Origin: Octopus vulgaris
Lineage: Eukaryota
DNA: 64,000 bases
Direction: 5' to 3'
Assembly (NCBI GenBank): GCA_951406725.2
Contig: OX597816.1
Coordinates: forward strand, 86,242,001-86,306,000
In this document: piece after piece, positions 1 to 12,512 of the stretch
Position numbering within the stretch: the first letter of the stretch is position 1
Layout: each line of letters begins with the position of its first letter
Position numbers and translations under genes: made by a program
Notes under the pieces: generated by a model
The model's database searches: none
What the model was told of the DNA's origin: nothing
Seen by the model: the letters and a program-made list of their open reading frames with translations, nothing else

Positions 1-175
1 CACTTTATGTTTAATAGTTTCCTGAATTTCTGAGAATTCACAAATCCATTTTTTCCTCTCTACTCTAACATTAATGCCTCCAACTTTGGTATTTTCCAAA
101 ATATTCCATGAAATTATATTATTTCGGATTTCCCGATGAGGTTCTTTAATGCATTTCTTTATGACCTAATTTTTC

Positions 176-770
176 TCATGTATAGCCCGGTGTTGCCCGG
201 GATTAAGTTAGGATTATTAAGCTATTCAAGCGCTTTGTTTCAAAGCAAAATAAGTAAGACCAACGTGAAATTTGAGCGAAATGTGTTGAAATTGGTGACT
301 TGTTCTTTTTCTACATTTGTAAAACTTTCCTATAGGCAATATTGCGTATTCTGCCCTGTGGAGCCTACACAAAAAGTGCATTCCTACTGGCCACACGGGA
401 GCAGGCCACCTAAAGTTGCCCGTATGAAAAGTACGGCTCATCAAAACGGATGACCGCCACCGATAGTGATTGGTTAGCTAATGGACATGGCGATCTGCGG
501 TTGTTAAACGGAATGTCTGACCCCAAGGGATAAAGGTGGATCCTTGAAATAAAAACATTTCCCCCTTCCCGTACCCTGTAACAATGGTGGCCACAATAAA
601 GTGGGACGTCTGGGACTTGACTACCTAGCAGATTCCTTTCCACTGTTTAGGCGGATAACGTGTGTACTCTTTATCCCATTTGAGTTTCATCAAATGATTG
701 TGTAAAATATTCTTAACAATAGGATATATTGTAAGCCCACACACACACACACGATTGCATTTGTTGTTGT
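176..770 (-). mobile_element. Possible degenerate non-autonomous Helitron (3' hairpin only)
   Basis: CCCGGTGTTGCCCGGG at 186-201 resembles the 3' hairpin of the Helitrons at 3454 and 15197, but no terminal CTAG and no clear 5' TC; extent is a guess. Confidence 0.3.
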
Positions 771-2539
771 GATGCGTGTACTCTTTATCCAATTTGTGTT
801 GTTGTTTTGAGTGGCAGGAGATAACTTTCAGCGAACTTGAATAGCGTGTTAGGAACTAGTTGAACTGTTGAAATGCCACATATCAAAAATACTTTAAATC
901 ACACAGGAAGAATAAAGGATACAGCACGAAGTCATTAATTTGCTTCGATCACCGAGAAAGCAAAAGTACATACAGAGAATTTCATAAACGGAAATGAATA
1001 AGAATGGTGTGGCTGAAAATAACAGTCAAATAAAGAATTTAAATATTAAAACAAACAGAAACTAAGAAACAAAATGTGCTAGTTGCTAATTACATCATCA
1101 CTAGGATTTTGTTTTCTAATTGAATAAACCAACATTAATTATCTAGCATTCAAATTTTCATTTAAAATGAAATATATAGAAAAATTAAATGTATACATAT
1201 ACTATATGTATACCATATGTACATTTCTTTCCGAGCGGTTCATCTTTGTTTTCCTGTATAATTAAAACTATTTATACATCTCTTTCTGTATAATAGTCGC
1301 CATTGCAGAGGACTTAACTCATGTTAGCAAACTTAAGGATTTCGCTGAGGTGGAAATTGGTAAACGTTATGGTAGAAAATCGACAAAAACACAGCCATGG
1401 CCATGACCAATGCCCTCCTAAAATTATAGCGACATGCGTTCTGATTTGTGGACGTGCATAAATTACATTCACGTTCACACACACACACACACATACACAC
1501 ATACAAACGCACGCACACACATCCTGCCTTTTATAGATATAGATTTACAATGTTCCATTTCTTCGTGGATTAAAATCTCACATTTGTCTTGGCGCAGGAG
1601 CGTCCAACACACGTGCAATCACACAGTCATACGCGCGCGCTCACACATGTGTGTACGTATATCTATGTGTGTGTGTGTGTGTTTGTCATCACTAGACTCT
1701 TATAGCAGCAATATTTTGCGTTCCATTTATCCACTTTCAATTTTTTTTTCCTGTCGTATTTTGTAAAAACAAATCTTCATGTATATCATTTATTGTGTAC
1801 AAAATCACTTATTATCTATTACAGTTCTTAGTTTCTCTTTCCACATTTGAAAGAAAACGTTTTATTACGCATTTTATAGAAGATTGCTTCATTTCTATAA
1901 CTAAATTTTACAAATTCTTGTGAATGGCGGAGTCAACTATATATTAGGTAACGTGTAAATTAGCGAAAAATGTGTACCCATTCATCAGCCCTTCGATGTA
2001 CACATGTCTAGAAAATTCTTTAAGAAATATCAACGCTAACTACGCTGAAATTACATCACATCATAGCACTGCAAACAGACCCTCCTTCTGAAAGTTGCTT
2101 GGTAGACGGTGATCTGGCCATATCAATTCGAAATTATCCTGTGGCTTGAAGAATTGTGGGATCTACTATAATATTCATGTATCAAACAATTACGGTATAT
2201 CGTAGCCAGCTGTATTCTTAAATTAAATCTTATGGCAGTTACAATTATAATTGGAAGTGCAATAAGAATAATAATTATTATTTCCCTATTTTTCATAACC
2301 ATATATTAGCTTCTATTTTATAACTGTTAGCGCCGTTCAGAGCAGATAACTGTTTCTTTCTTATATTGTAGGTTTTTTCCATTACTATTCAAAATATATA
2401 TGTGTATTCCTACAATATATGTTTTGTAACATATTTCTAATTGTATACGGCCTCAAACCAGCATACCCGATAAATATATTTTGTTTTATATATCACGGCT
2501 TCGTCGTATATTTTAATTGCTATTATTATTATGCTTAAG

Positions 2540-2890
2540 GTGAAAGACGGTGAGCTGGTAGAATCGTTAGGAAGTCGGGCAGAATGATCAGTGGCATTTC
2601 GTCTGTTTTATCTCATGTTGGGGTCGATAAAAGAAGCACAAGCCGAGCACTGGGTTCAAAGTTATCGGCTAGTCCCACTCCCTAAATTTAAAACCTCGTG
2701 TGAGGTGGAAGAATTGTTTGCTTACCGGCATATTTTCCGACTATATTCTGTGTTCAGATACTACAGAGGTCTATTTTACCTATCATTCGTTCACCGTCCA
2801 TAAAATAAATAACATCCGAGAATTGTAGTCAAGGAAATCGATTATATATCGCCCTGAAAAAATTGTTGGCCTTCTGCCAAACTTTTCAAC
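2540..2890 (+). mobile_element. Two degenerate tandem copies of tRNA-headed SINE family A
   Basis: GACGGTGAGCTGGTAGAATCGTTAG head and GGGGTCGATAAAA...GCACTGGG body match the better-preserved copy at 12513-12731. Confidence 0.55.
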
Positions 2891-3453
2891 CATTATAAAA
2901 GCATATTTATTTTACTTGGTGCTTTTTTTCTAGTCGTTCATGCATTTGCCTTTAACTCTTCTCTAAGTATTAAAATACTGCTTTAAACATGTCTCTCCCT
3001 TCTTTTCTTTCATTCTCAAGAGCTATACTCTCTTTAAATCATTGTTCGCTAAGTGTTGGTATATTCTTTTCCGCTATCTAGTATGAAGTGAATGTTAATT
3101 TCTTCATTGCTTATTTACACTTTTTTTGTTTTTGTTTATAATCCGCTTCAATTTCAAATAGCATTTATTTCCTTTCTTTACAAGGGTTTCTAATTGTTTA
3201 TCATATACAACGAATATCCTGAGAAAGGGTATGTACCAAAAAGACCCAAGAAAAAAAGACACAAACCATTTTCATATATCATTTGTATCAGGATCCAGTC
3301 TTGTTTTGTATGTCAACAAAATTCATTGGTGTCAGACAAAAACTGTACTCAGAGAGGGAATATCAGAGAATAATCTTTTAATGGAGGCTAGAATATTGTT
3401 TCATAAAATATTTAGCAGTCGCGTTGCTTTTCGAAATAACATTTTATTAAAAA

Positions 3454-3965
3454 CTAGCAGTATCGCCCGGTGTTGCTCGGGTTTGTAAGGGAAATAACTA
3501 TATAAGCATTTTTAGAGAGTTACTTCCCTTATAGATGCCAATTCGGGCTTTCTTAGCCATTTCTGTTTTGATGTCTTCAAGCCATGAAGTCGTTGTTCTA
3601 AAAGAACGCTGGTCTCCTTGACAACGCTTTACGACGTTGATTTCCTTACACTCCCTTCCTCACAGCTTCACGAGGGAGGGAAGAAGGGGAGAAGCAATCA
3701 GGTGCAGGTGTGACCATGGACGCCAACTCCGCCGCCATCGACACACGAAAAATTATGCATTAAAATGGAATAAAAAATGATGTTAAATTATTTTTAAAAT
3801 CGAAGACTCATCGTAGACGCGCGCTAATACTCAGAGGGGCTCGATATGTATCACGACTATAAGATACCCGAATTTGGTTAAACTGCACCGCAAAATGTGG
3901 GAGTAGTTAGGAATCTAAATCGAAGGGGACAGACACTCACACAACTACAGTTTTATATATATAGA
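3454..3965 (-). mobile_element. Non-autonomous Helitron
   Basis: Minus strand starts A|TCTATATATATAAAACTGTAGTTG and ends CCCGAGCAACACCGGG-CGATACTG-CTAG|T: 5' TC, subterminal hairpin, 3' CTAG, inserted between A and T with no TSD. Confidence 0.85.
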
Positions 3966-4522
3966 TATACTTTATAATTTATTTTCTTAACATAACGAGA
4001 GAATGTTTATGGCGTCAACATATATGGGTCTTGAGTGCTAACATTTTCATGTAGAGATAATTGAAATTCTTGCTATTTTAAATAACTTGAATTTTGATAC
4101 TGGCCAACACCAAATACTCGTTTCAAATGGTATATCTCAAGATATTTACTACTGCTTTGTATGCAATGACTTTCCAGAAAATGATACGAGAGTTATTATG
4201 AGCTATTCTCTTTTTTTATATACCGTATGTAATATTTTGATTGATGTTATTTTGTTATTCTGTCTGTCTCTCTATGCCAAAATCTCGTAAAAATTTTAAT
4301 CTTTTAAGCTTATTTAATGCCATTCTTTCTCGTACACGTTAGAGCAATTGACTGTATCGTAGCATTCATTTCTTTTTAAAGTGACCGGTGAGACATACCA
4401 TATGACGTCATTCCTCGTAGTCTTTCTGACTTAAAAGCGCGCAGATTTCTCTAATAGGATTAATGTCTTCTGGATTTTGTAGTGGGGAATTACATATTCA
4501 CTACAAAATCTTTCCCACGGGG

Positions 4523-4594
4523 ACATACATACACACGCACACATATATATATATATACATATACATACAAACATTCATACACACAGACACACAG

Positions 4595-4662
<68 letters not shown>

Positions 4663-4665
4663 TGT

Positions 4666-4708
<43 letters not shown>
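4523..4708. repeat. Compound (CA)n/(TA)n/(GA)n microsatellite
   Basis: Directly visible; produces spurious ORFs 4463-4767. Confidence 0.95.
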
Positions 4709-4710
<2 letters not shown>

Positions 4711-4753
4711 ATCTTGTATTTTATTAAGTCTCGGTGAAGCTGTTCTTTTAATA

Positions 4754-5497
4754 TTGTATTGAGTCAAAATTTTGCAATATTTTGGTGACTTCTCTGCTTT
4801 AATCCGAGGGAGAATTTTTCTGCACTCCTAACAGGCATACGCAGTGGTCAAACAAGGGTCAGCTTCCGGACCCTGTTGCCAATGGAAGACGTTTCGAGAA
4901 CGAGATGATGCTCTATGTCTCGTGGAAATATGAGTAGATATGAGTAGAGTTATGAGTTCGCTACTAGTTAGTTCCAGACAGTCGCAGAATTGATGCCGTC
5001 CTGTACTCCGAAAAACTGGATCCAGTTTTTCGGAGTACAGGACGGCATCAATTCTATATTTCATAGTGCGACAGAAATACGAGGCATTGCATAATAGAAA
5101 GCGAGCTCATCCGCAGCAAGGCAATGCTAAATCTCATGCCTCTCCAACGACCCGAAATAAACTCCAGGAACTTGAGGGAATCGAGCTGATATCACACCTA
5201 ACATATGATCCTAACTGAGCTCCCTCGGATTATTACTTGTTCTAGTCCGTGGCTCACTTCCTGCGCTGGAGACGCTTCATGATCCAAGAGTAGGTGGACG
5301 CTTCAGTGAAGGAGTTCTTCGCACCGAAGGACAAGAAATTGTTACCAGTGTCGGATCAAAGATTTGGCAAAAATGTGATTTTCCACAGTGCAACACGATG
5401 GCTTGTACTTTGAAAGATACTATACTGCTTTTGTTGTAACTTGCCAAATAAATAAAATAAGATACCAAAATATAGCAAAACTTTTGACTCAACCCAA
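4754..5497 (+). mobile_element. Internally deleted mariner (DD34D-type) transposon relic
   Basis: ~33-bp imperfect TIRs (TTGTATTGAGTCAAAATTTTGCAATATTTTGGT after a TA; ACCAAAATATAGCAAAACTTTTGACTCAACCCAA). Decayed catalytic-domain peptides RIDAVLYSEKLD, QQGNAKSHAS..TRNKLQELEGIELISHLTYDPN*APSDYYLF (cf. HDNARPH...YSPDLAPSDYHLF). Confidence 0.85.
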
Positions 5498-6655
5498 CTG
5501 AATTTCTTTCTCCATCATTTCTCATATAACGTTTCCAGCTTTGCCATGTTGTCTTCTTTCCAAGTTCAACATAAAGTTATAATTGTTTTATAGCATGTTT
5601 TTACTATTACAGTGTTTTACTCCGTGCAAATTAATTGTTTACTGACCTCTGCTCCTCCTTTGCAGAAGCAGAAAAGGTGATCAGTTATCTCCCAGAAGTC
5701 TTTTATTTCACCTATAACAGATTAATGTTTTATTTCGGATGCAGTTCTCAAAACATAGTTAGAGGCTGTTCCCGTACTTCTGTCAAATCCATCAGATTCT
5801 TTTTACGTCAAATACCATATTCCCCACCAAAAGAAAAAAAACAATCCGACAGCTGTTCATAATTTGACCGGTTTTACACAATCCTTAAATTATGTAGGTT
5901 TTCATTTTTTTTTTGAGAGTATATTCTTTTCAGGTTACCTTCATTTCAATATACAAAATTTTATTAAGTTCCCATGTCGTCATAGATGCTAAAATCCGTT
6001 ATTGCTAGATTATTCTGTTATCATTAATTCTCTTCGTTATCTTTATGTCTGAAGTCGCCCATGCTGATGTACTTAATCCCGCGCAGCTTACTTTTACCGT
6101 CTTAGCAAATGGATTATTTTCTTTAAATCATACACCAACACTAAATAACATAAAGAATACTTATTCTCCCATTTGTGTAGTTCATATGGACGTTTTAAGT
6201 GCCAATACGGCATGTTTTAGGATGATAACAAGTAACATAGGGGAGTAGGAGTCATGTAGATAAATGCTGGTTTTAATAGCTACACGTCAAGTTAACTGAA
6301 TGATCACGCGTTAGTTCGTTGTCAAATGTGTCATAATAGTAACGTAGATATTAATGGGGATTTCACTGGTGCTTTATCTGAAGCCATTTATTTCAATGAA
6401 TTCTAACAAATGATCGTCTATCTTCTCAGTGATAACAACCTGCTAGTATGTTAAGGAACGGAATGGATTCAATGGTTCGTCAAGAATTTTATACTAATCT
6501 TTCTCCTCGTTGTTTTTGGGTTTTTGTTTTCATAATCAAACTTGTTTGCTTGTTAACTATCCATGTCGGTATATTTCTTGAACTGCACTTAGATTTTAAT
6601 GATTTTCAACTTAGATATGTAAGAATCTTGTCCCGGATATTACAAATTTAATTTT

Positions 6656-7900
6656 ACAAGGCGCATCCCAGAAGTTTTGCGAAATTCTCAGGAGTGACGT
6701 TTGTTAACTTCGAAAAGTACAATGCTTATGTCACTTTCAGCGCAGGAGCATGACGTCATTGCACATGTTACAGCGCTATAGCAACGTCTTGAAGGTATTC
6801 TTTTAAACTGAATGCATGCAGGAACCTTGTCACAGCCCCCTTCACCTCAATGTTTTCAAAAGCACTACGTCTCAGGCTTTGTTTCAGTTTGGGTAAAAAT
6901 AAAAGTTACAGGGGACAATGTTGCCGCTGAAGAAAGTTCTAAGACAGTTTTCATGAACATTTCAGTCACGTCGTTGCTTAACAGACTCGAATTGTGCTCT
7001 GATACAATACTTTGGTAGAGGTGCCACCCACCGAGTGGGCGGAGGTTTGCCTTTTTCCACGAAATCTCTTCCTGAATTCCCTGGAAACATTCACAAGAAC
7101 TCTTTGTTTACCGTCTGGCCAGTGGCAAACGAGTAGATACAGATGATGCCCTAGATATCGAAACGGGAGCGCTATGTATTTCCCTGTGGACCTGATTTTC
7201 CTGGCCTACTTGGGTCAGTGGAACCAGGATGCTTCCCTTGGTCAGTCTCTTGGTGTCTGCATCTTTACTGTAGACCCAGCTTTCATCACAAGTTACCAGA
7301 AACTCAGGGATTAGAGGTAATTAGCTCAACCATTTCCCTGCTGTCACTAATGCGTCTTCCCTTCTGTTCATCACTAAGAATTCTGGGAACAAATTTCGCA
7401 CACGTTTTGTGCGTGTTCAGATCTTCATGAATAAATTTGTGTGTAGTTGCCACACCAAATCCGAACTGTACGCCTACTGTATGTATAAACACAAGACGAT
7501 CTTCCTGCAGAAAATTGCGTAGTGTCTTAACCAATTCTTATTTTGTGACATCCCACTCTCCTTGCACCTCTCCTCAGCGCGCTCTTCCTTTCTACGGTGC
7601 TTGAACCTCGTGTGCCAGCGAAAATCAGATGTTCGGTTTATACAAGTTAATTCATAATCCGTGTAGTGCATGCCCTATGACACTCTAGCAATTCTTCCTC
7701 GTTTAACACAAGTCTTTATTACATAGAGAGCTTGCAAATTGTCTTCACGTCCCGACAGCATTCTACAAAGTAGTACTTCTTTGCTTGCATCAAACAAAAC
7801 TAGCAACGGGGCAAAAGAACTATGTACCATATTCAAAAATTTAGTATTTGTCTCAGTCTGATCGACCAAAATTTTCAAAGTAGTTACTTTGCAGGAATGC
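6656..7900 (-). mobile_element. Near full-length decayed mariner transposon
   Basis: Minus-strand pieces in correct order: YVIKTCVKRG (N-terminal), IHEDLNTHKTCAKFVPRILSDEQKGRR (WVPR-like linker), GQTVNKEF, VPCNFY/PKLK; many stops and frameshifts; TIRs not clearly resolved. Confidence 0.8.
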
Positions 7901-8049
7901 TCTCTAGTGACTGTAAAGCATAAAAGAATAAGAGTATAAAAGAATGAGAATATTGTGTGGATAAGTGTGTGTGTGTGTGTGTGTGTACATCTGTGTGTTT
8001 GTATGCGTGTCCGTATGTGTGTGTGTGTGTGTGTATCTCGATATTGTTC

Positions 8050-8240
8050 ATCATATATTTGCTTCAGTCATTTCACTGCGGCCATGCAGAATAATTTAAG
8101 ACGAATGAATCTACCTCAGTACGTGTTATTCTTTTAACCTATTACTTGTTCTACCGGGCTCTTTCGTCGGAACCGTAATCTATGAGGACATAAAGAAACC
8201 AATACATGTTGTGAAGGGGTGTTGGGGAAAAAACACGCGC
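8050..8240 (-). mobile_element. 3' part of SINE family B
   Basis: TTGCTTCAGTCATTTCACTGCGGCCATGC is the reverse complement of the tail of the copy at 40164-40563. Confidence 0.6.
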
Positions 8241-8701
8241 ATAAATACACGCGCGCAAACAAAGCAAGTACACATATGCGCGTGTGTGTGTGTATACACA
8301 TTCACGTAAGTACACACACAATTATATATACACATATATATATTTGATAGAATAAGTAGAGATGAGATCGCTTTTTTGAGGGGATAATTTTTATTTTAAC
8401 CTTTACAGTGAGTTAATCTGATACGAGTTTCCAGCTTCAAGAAACCGTTTTCAAACTGAAAAATGTTTGTTTAACTGTTTGCTTAAAAAGCAATAGGTTT
8501 TTTTTCTTAGAAGTACCCATACAAAAAAAATATACACAACACAAGCAAAAGCATATATAAACATCCATTTTTCAGTTTGAAAACGGATACTTGAAGCTCA
8601 AAAGTCATTAATTGTAAGATTAAAATATATATTACCCTCTGAAAAGAGCCATCCCTACTCATTCTTTCAAATATATAATACTGTACCAAGAACTTTCTCT
8701 T

Positions 8702-8745
<44 letters not shown>

Positions 8746-8751
<6 letters not shown>

Positions 8752-9795
8752 AAGTATTTGCTGGCGAATAGAACACAACATGTTGTAGTTGATGGAGTCC
8801 ACTCAAGCCCAGCAAAAGTCACCAGCGGCGTCCCCTAGGGAACTGTCTTGGGCCCGTTACTCTTTATAATTTACATAAACGACCTTTCCAGTGTCGTACA
8901 TTACTGCAAAGTGAAAATATTTGCTGATGACACTAAGCTCCAGCAAATCGTCAATGAAGAAGCAGACCGAATTCAACTCCAGTCTGAACGAGGGAAAATT
9001 TGAGCTGATGCATTTTGGAAGAAATTCCTCACTAAAACAGCCATACTCTCTTCCATTAGGGGAACCGCTCACAGCCTCTAACAATATCAGTGACCTGGGT
9101 GTAATTGTTGATGACGATCTCAGTTGGAGTGCACACATCAACAATAAGGTCGATATAGCTCGTAGGATGAGTTCTTGGATCTTAAAAACTTTCCGATCCA
9201 GAGAACAAGGTGTCATCATACCAATTTTCTCCTCCTTTGTACGGCCATACCTCTAATACTGCTGCCCACTGTGGTCTCCCCATACAAGACAAAACATCTC
9301 GAGGATTGAATCAACCCAGAGGGCACTCACTAAACGGATTGAAGGCATGGCTGCTCTCGATGATTGGGATCGCCGTAAAACCTTGAAACTCTACCCTCTC
9401 CAGCGTCGTCGCCGTGACCGGTACATAATTTGTACGATGTGGAAAATATACCGCCAACTTTGCCCAAACGACCTGAACATTAGCTTCAAGGTTCATCCAA
9501 GACTGGGACCACGGGCCATACGTCCCCTGCCCAATTCAAGATCACAGCATGTACACTGCAACATAATTTCTTTTCCTCAACAGGCCCTGCCCTATTTAAC
9601 ATTGTCCCGAAAGAGATCAAAGAGGAAAAGGATCCCATCAACTTTAAACGGAGTCTGGATAGATTCCTTCAAGTAACACCAGATAAGACACCCATAATTG
9701 GATACAACTCACCCAACAAAAACTCACTACTTGAATGGACCATAAACAAAACTTAACTTAAACAGGATTCAGATAAACATATCTAAGTTTATCTA

Positions 9796-9800
<5 letters not shown>
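8746..9800 (+). mobile_element. 5'-truncated CR1/L2-group LINE (reverse transcriptase C-terminal half), pseudogenised
   Basis: WIKYLLANRTQHVVVDGVHSSPAKVTSGVP*GTVLGPLLFIIYINDL...KIFADDTKL, then DLGVIVDDDLSWSAHIN, FVRPYL*YCCPLWSP, LQRRRRDRYII; ends in tandem ATCTAAGTTT; flanked on both sides by (TA)n. Confidence 0.9.
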
Positions 9801-9875
<75 letters not shown>

Positions 9876-9951
9876 CATATACACATACATACATACTACT
9901 TTATATATATATATACACAAAAATGCATACATATATACATACACACACACA

Positions 9952-9994
<43 letters not shown>
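9801..9994. repeat. (TA)n / (TACA)n microsatellite
   Basis: Directly visible. Confidence 0.95.
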
Positions 9995-9996
<2 letters not shown>

Positions 9997-10198
9997 CGGA
10001 GATGTACTCGCATAGCAAGTAATTTGATCTGAGATCGTGTGCTGAAACGAAAACTATTGCAGCGTGGAAGGTGTTTATAAGCCATTTAAGAAACACACAA
10101 AAGCCGTTCGATTCACTCCAACATTTAAGTTTAATTTGTCAAAATATTTTCGTCGCTAAAATCCGCGACCTGTTCACTAACAAAGTCCGTGCTGTTGT
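9995..10198 (-). mobile_element. Penelope-like terminal-repeat fragment with variant hammerhead-like fold
   Basis: Embedded in (TA)n; minus strand TTTGTTA-GTGAACAG-GTCGC(GGATTTTA)GCGAC-GAAA-ATAT-TT-TGACAAA followed by ATTAAA. Confidence 0.45.
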
Positions 10199-10253
10199 AT
10201 ATATATATACACATAAATGCATGCATACACAACATACACATATATATACATAC

Positions 10254-10284
<31 letters not shown>

Positions 10285-10477
10285 ATAAAATATTAGGGAA
10301 TAAATCCAAACTTACAGGGAAAAATCAGATTTAGGATTGAATCCAATTTTATAGTAAAATATTATATTATATTAAATTAGAGATAAAACCACTATTAGGC
10401 AAATCATACAATAATATAAATTAATTAATCTTATGTATTGGCTTAAGTTTTTCATTGTATGATTTGCCTAATAGTGG

Positions 10478-10531
<54 letters not shown>

Positions 10532-10534
<3 letters not shown>

Positions 10535-10950
10535 GGTCCCGGGTTGATTTGGGGTTAACCACAGTAAATAAGGTACTCAATACATAGCAAGTAAAATTAA
10601 TTTATTATATAGAAGGAGCTTCTACAGGACTAGAACTGTTTCATTCAAGAGAAATCTTCAGGAAGCTAGTTAACAAGAATTGTATTGGCATTTATACATT
10701 TAGGCAGGTTTAAAGGGGTGTTGGTGGGGGACTTTTTGGGGGTAGGCATAGCGCAAAATATCATACTTGGGGGAGTGGTCAAGGAGTCAGTGTTAAATTA
10801 GATAGAAGAATAAATAAAAAATAAAATAAAAAAATAAAATTAAAAAAAAAATTTTAAAAAAAATTTAAAAAAAAATATATATATAAAAAAAGGGGAATAG
10901 AGTTTTAGGTAAATAAGGAGATTCTCACTTATACCTATGCACATATGTAT
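10532..10950 (-). mobile_element. Penelope-like pseudo-LTR fragment
   Basis: Bounded by (TA)n; contains a hammerhead motif followed ~10 nt downstream by AATAAA on the same strand, the layout known for PLE terminal repeats. Confidence 0.6.
10617..10667 (-). ncRNA. Type I hammerhead ribozyme motif
   Basis: Minus strand AGCUUC-CUGAAGA-UUUC(UCUU)GAAU-GAAA-CAG(UUCUAGUC)CUG-UA-GAAGCU: intact CUGANGA, GAAA and GUA triplet; 6-bp stem I; stem III CAG/CUG; stem II has a U-U closing mismatch. Confidence 0.75.
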
Positions 10951-10984
10951 ACATATATACACACGCATATATATATATATATAT

Positions 10985-11095
10985 ACGAATGGTCTTCTTT
11001 CAATTGTGTCTACCAAGTCCCCAGGGTATATTAGACAACACTCATCCAAAGTGCCAGGCAGTTCGATCGAACTCACAGCCCTGCGGTAGCAAGAC
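10985..11095 (-). mobile_element. Degenerate head of SINE family B
   Basis: CTTCTTTCAATTGTGTCTACCAAGTCC...AAAGTGCCAGGCAGTTCGATCGAACTC is antisense to the 5' half of 40164-40563. Confidence 0.5.
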
Positions 11096-11673
11096 GTAAC
11101 GCATGGGCCAATGACGTAGGATTGTATTCCAAACAATATTAAAAATTTACTCTGTGGAACTTTCATATTTTTCAATGTTATTGTAAATATAAGCGACTAT
11201 GTTTGCAGCATTTTGCTATTAACCACGAAGACAATTTTTTAAAAAAACAGGGATATTAATTAAAATACATAAAATTATTTGAAACAGTAAAGATGAATTA
11301 CTAGTTTTTTGCCCGTTTTTAAAAAACAAAATATTCATCTAAATGTATAAAAATTTATTCCGAGAATAGACAAAATGTTTCACAGATATTTTTTTCATAT
11401 TTATTAAATATTGATTTTCTTGTTACGTAAGTTTGAAATAGGAGAATTTTTAGATAACATCCGAGAAGTAAATCTCAGATTAAAAACAAGGATTACTTTA
11501 AATAGAATAAAAGTTGTTAATCTTAAAATATTTCTGACTTTCGGTCATTTCAAATAACCAATTGCCCCAAGCTATGTTCTTCTCCTTGTCTCCCTCACTC
11601 TCTTTACTTCACATGTGTGTGTATATATATATATATATATACATATACACACACACATATATGTGTGCATGCA

Positions 11674-11713
<40 letters not shown>

Positions 11714-12512
11714 TCTCCCCTGTGTCTGTATCCATATATATACTTATAAGTGCATTCCCTTGCGTAGCGTGTGTAGACGCTTACGTAAGGTGAGATGATT
11801 TTTCAACATTCTTTCGTTTTAACACCCTGTGTTCAAAATTTTAGTGTGTTCATTTATGCTTTTACAGCATTGAAAAAAGTTTTGTTAAAATATACGTTTC
11901 TTTTAAATGGATTTACTAACTAAAATATTTATAAAAGTGACTATCATTTACCGAATCTTGAGCGTAGTAGATGCTTAATCGAGCTATTCTGCAATCGTCT
12001 AAAATTAAGTGTATTAGGATTCGAACTGGAAATAAATACATATATTCGAGACACTCTAAAGAATCCCGACATTTGCTAGTTAGCAGTTCACATCCAGTAA
12101 AAAGCGATCTAAATATAATGGCCAACTTCTTTCAACTTACCACTTTCTTCTCCCTGACATTAACTGTAATATTCTCTGTCTAACCTAACTTGGTTATTAA
12201 TTTTCATGCAGATTGTTTTCCATGGTAAATTAACTTAGTCAGTAAGGAAAATTTGGAGTTTTACACTGTGGGAGCATTTGACTGTCATTATGCATAGAGT
12301 GAATAAGATCATTTATGTAGAGGGAAGTGTATACTTGTTAGACGATATGTAATCCGGTGTACTTATGACTAGATATATCGATGGCCTTATGACATGGTCT
12401 GATGAAATTGATATTAGTGACTTAACTCTTTTGAATTTTTTCTAAATAATTACTAGATAAATTTCATAAACTCACTATATTTTGAAAGCGGCCTTTATTT
12501 ATATATTAAAAT

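Noticed and set aside
663-800. ~24-bp imperfect direct repeat GTGTACTCTTTATCC.ATTTG.GTT at 663 and 776
   Set aside because: Only two copies; consistent with a small local duplication, not a CRISPR-like array.
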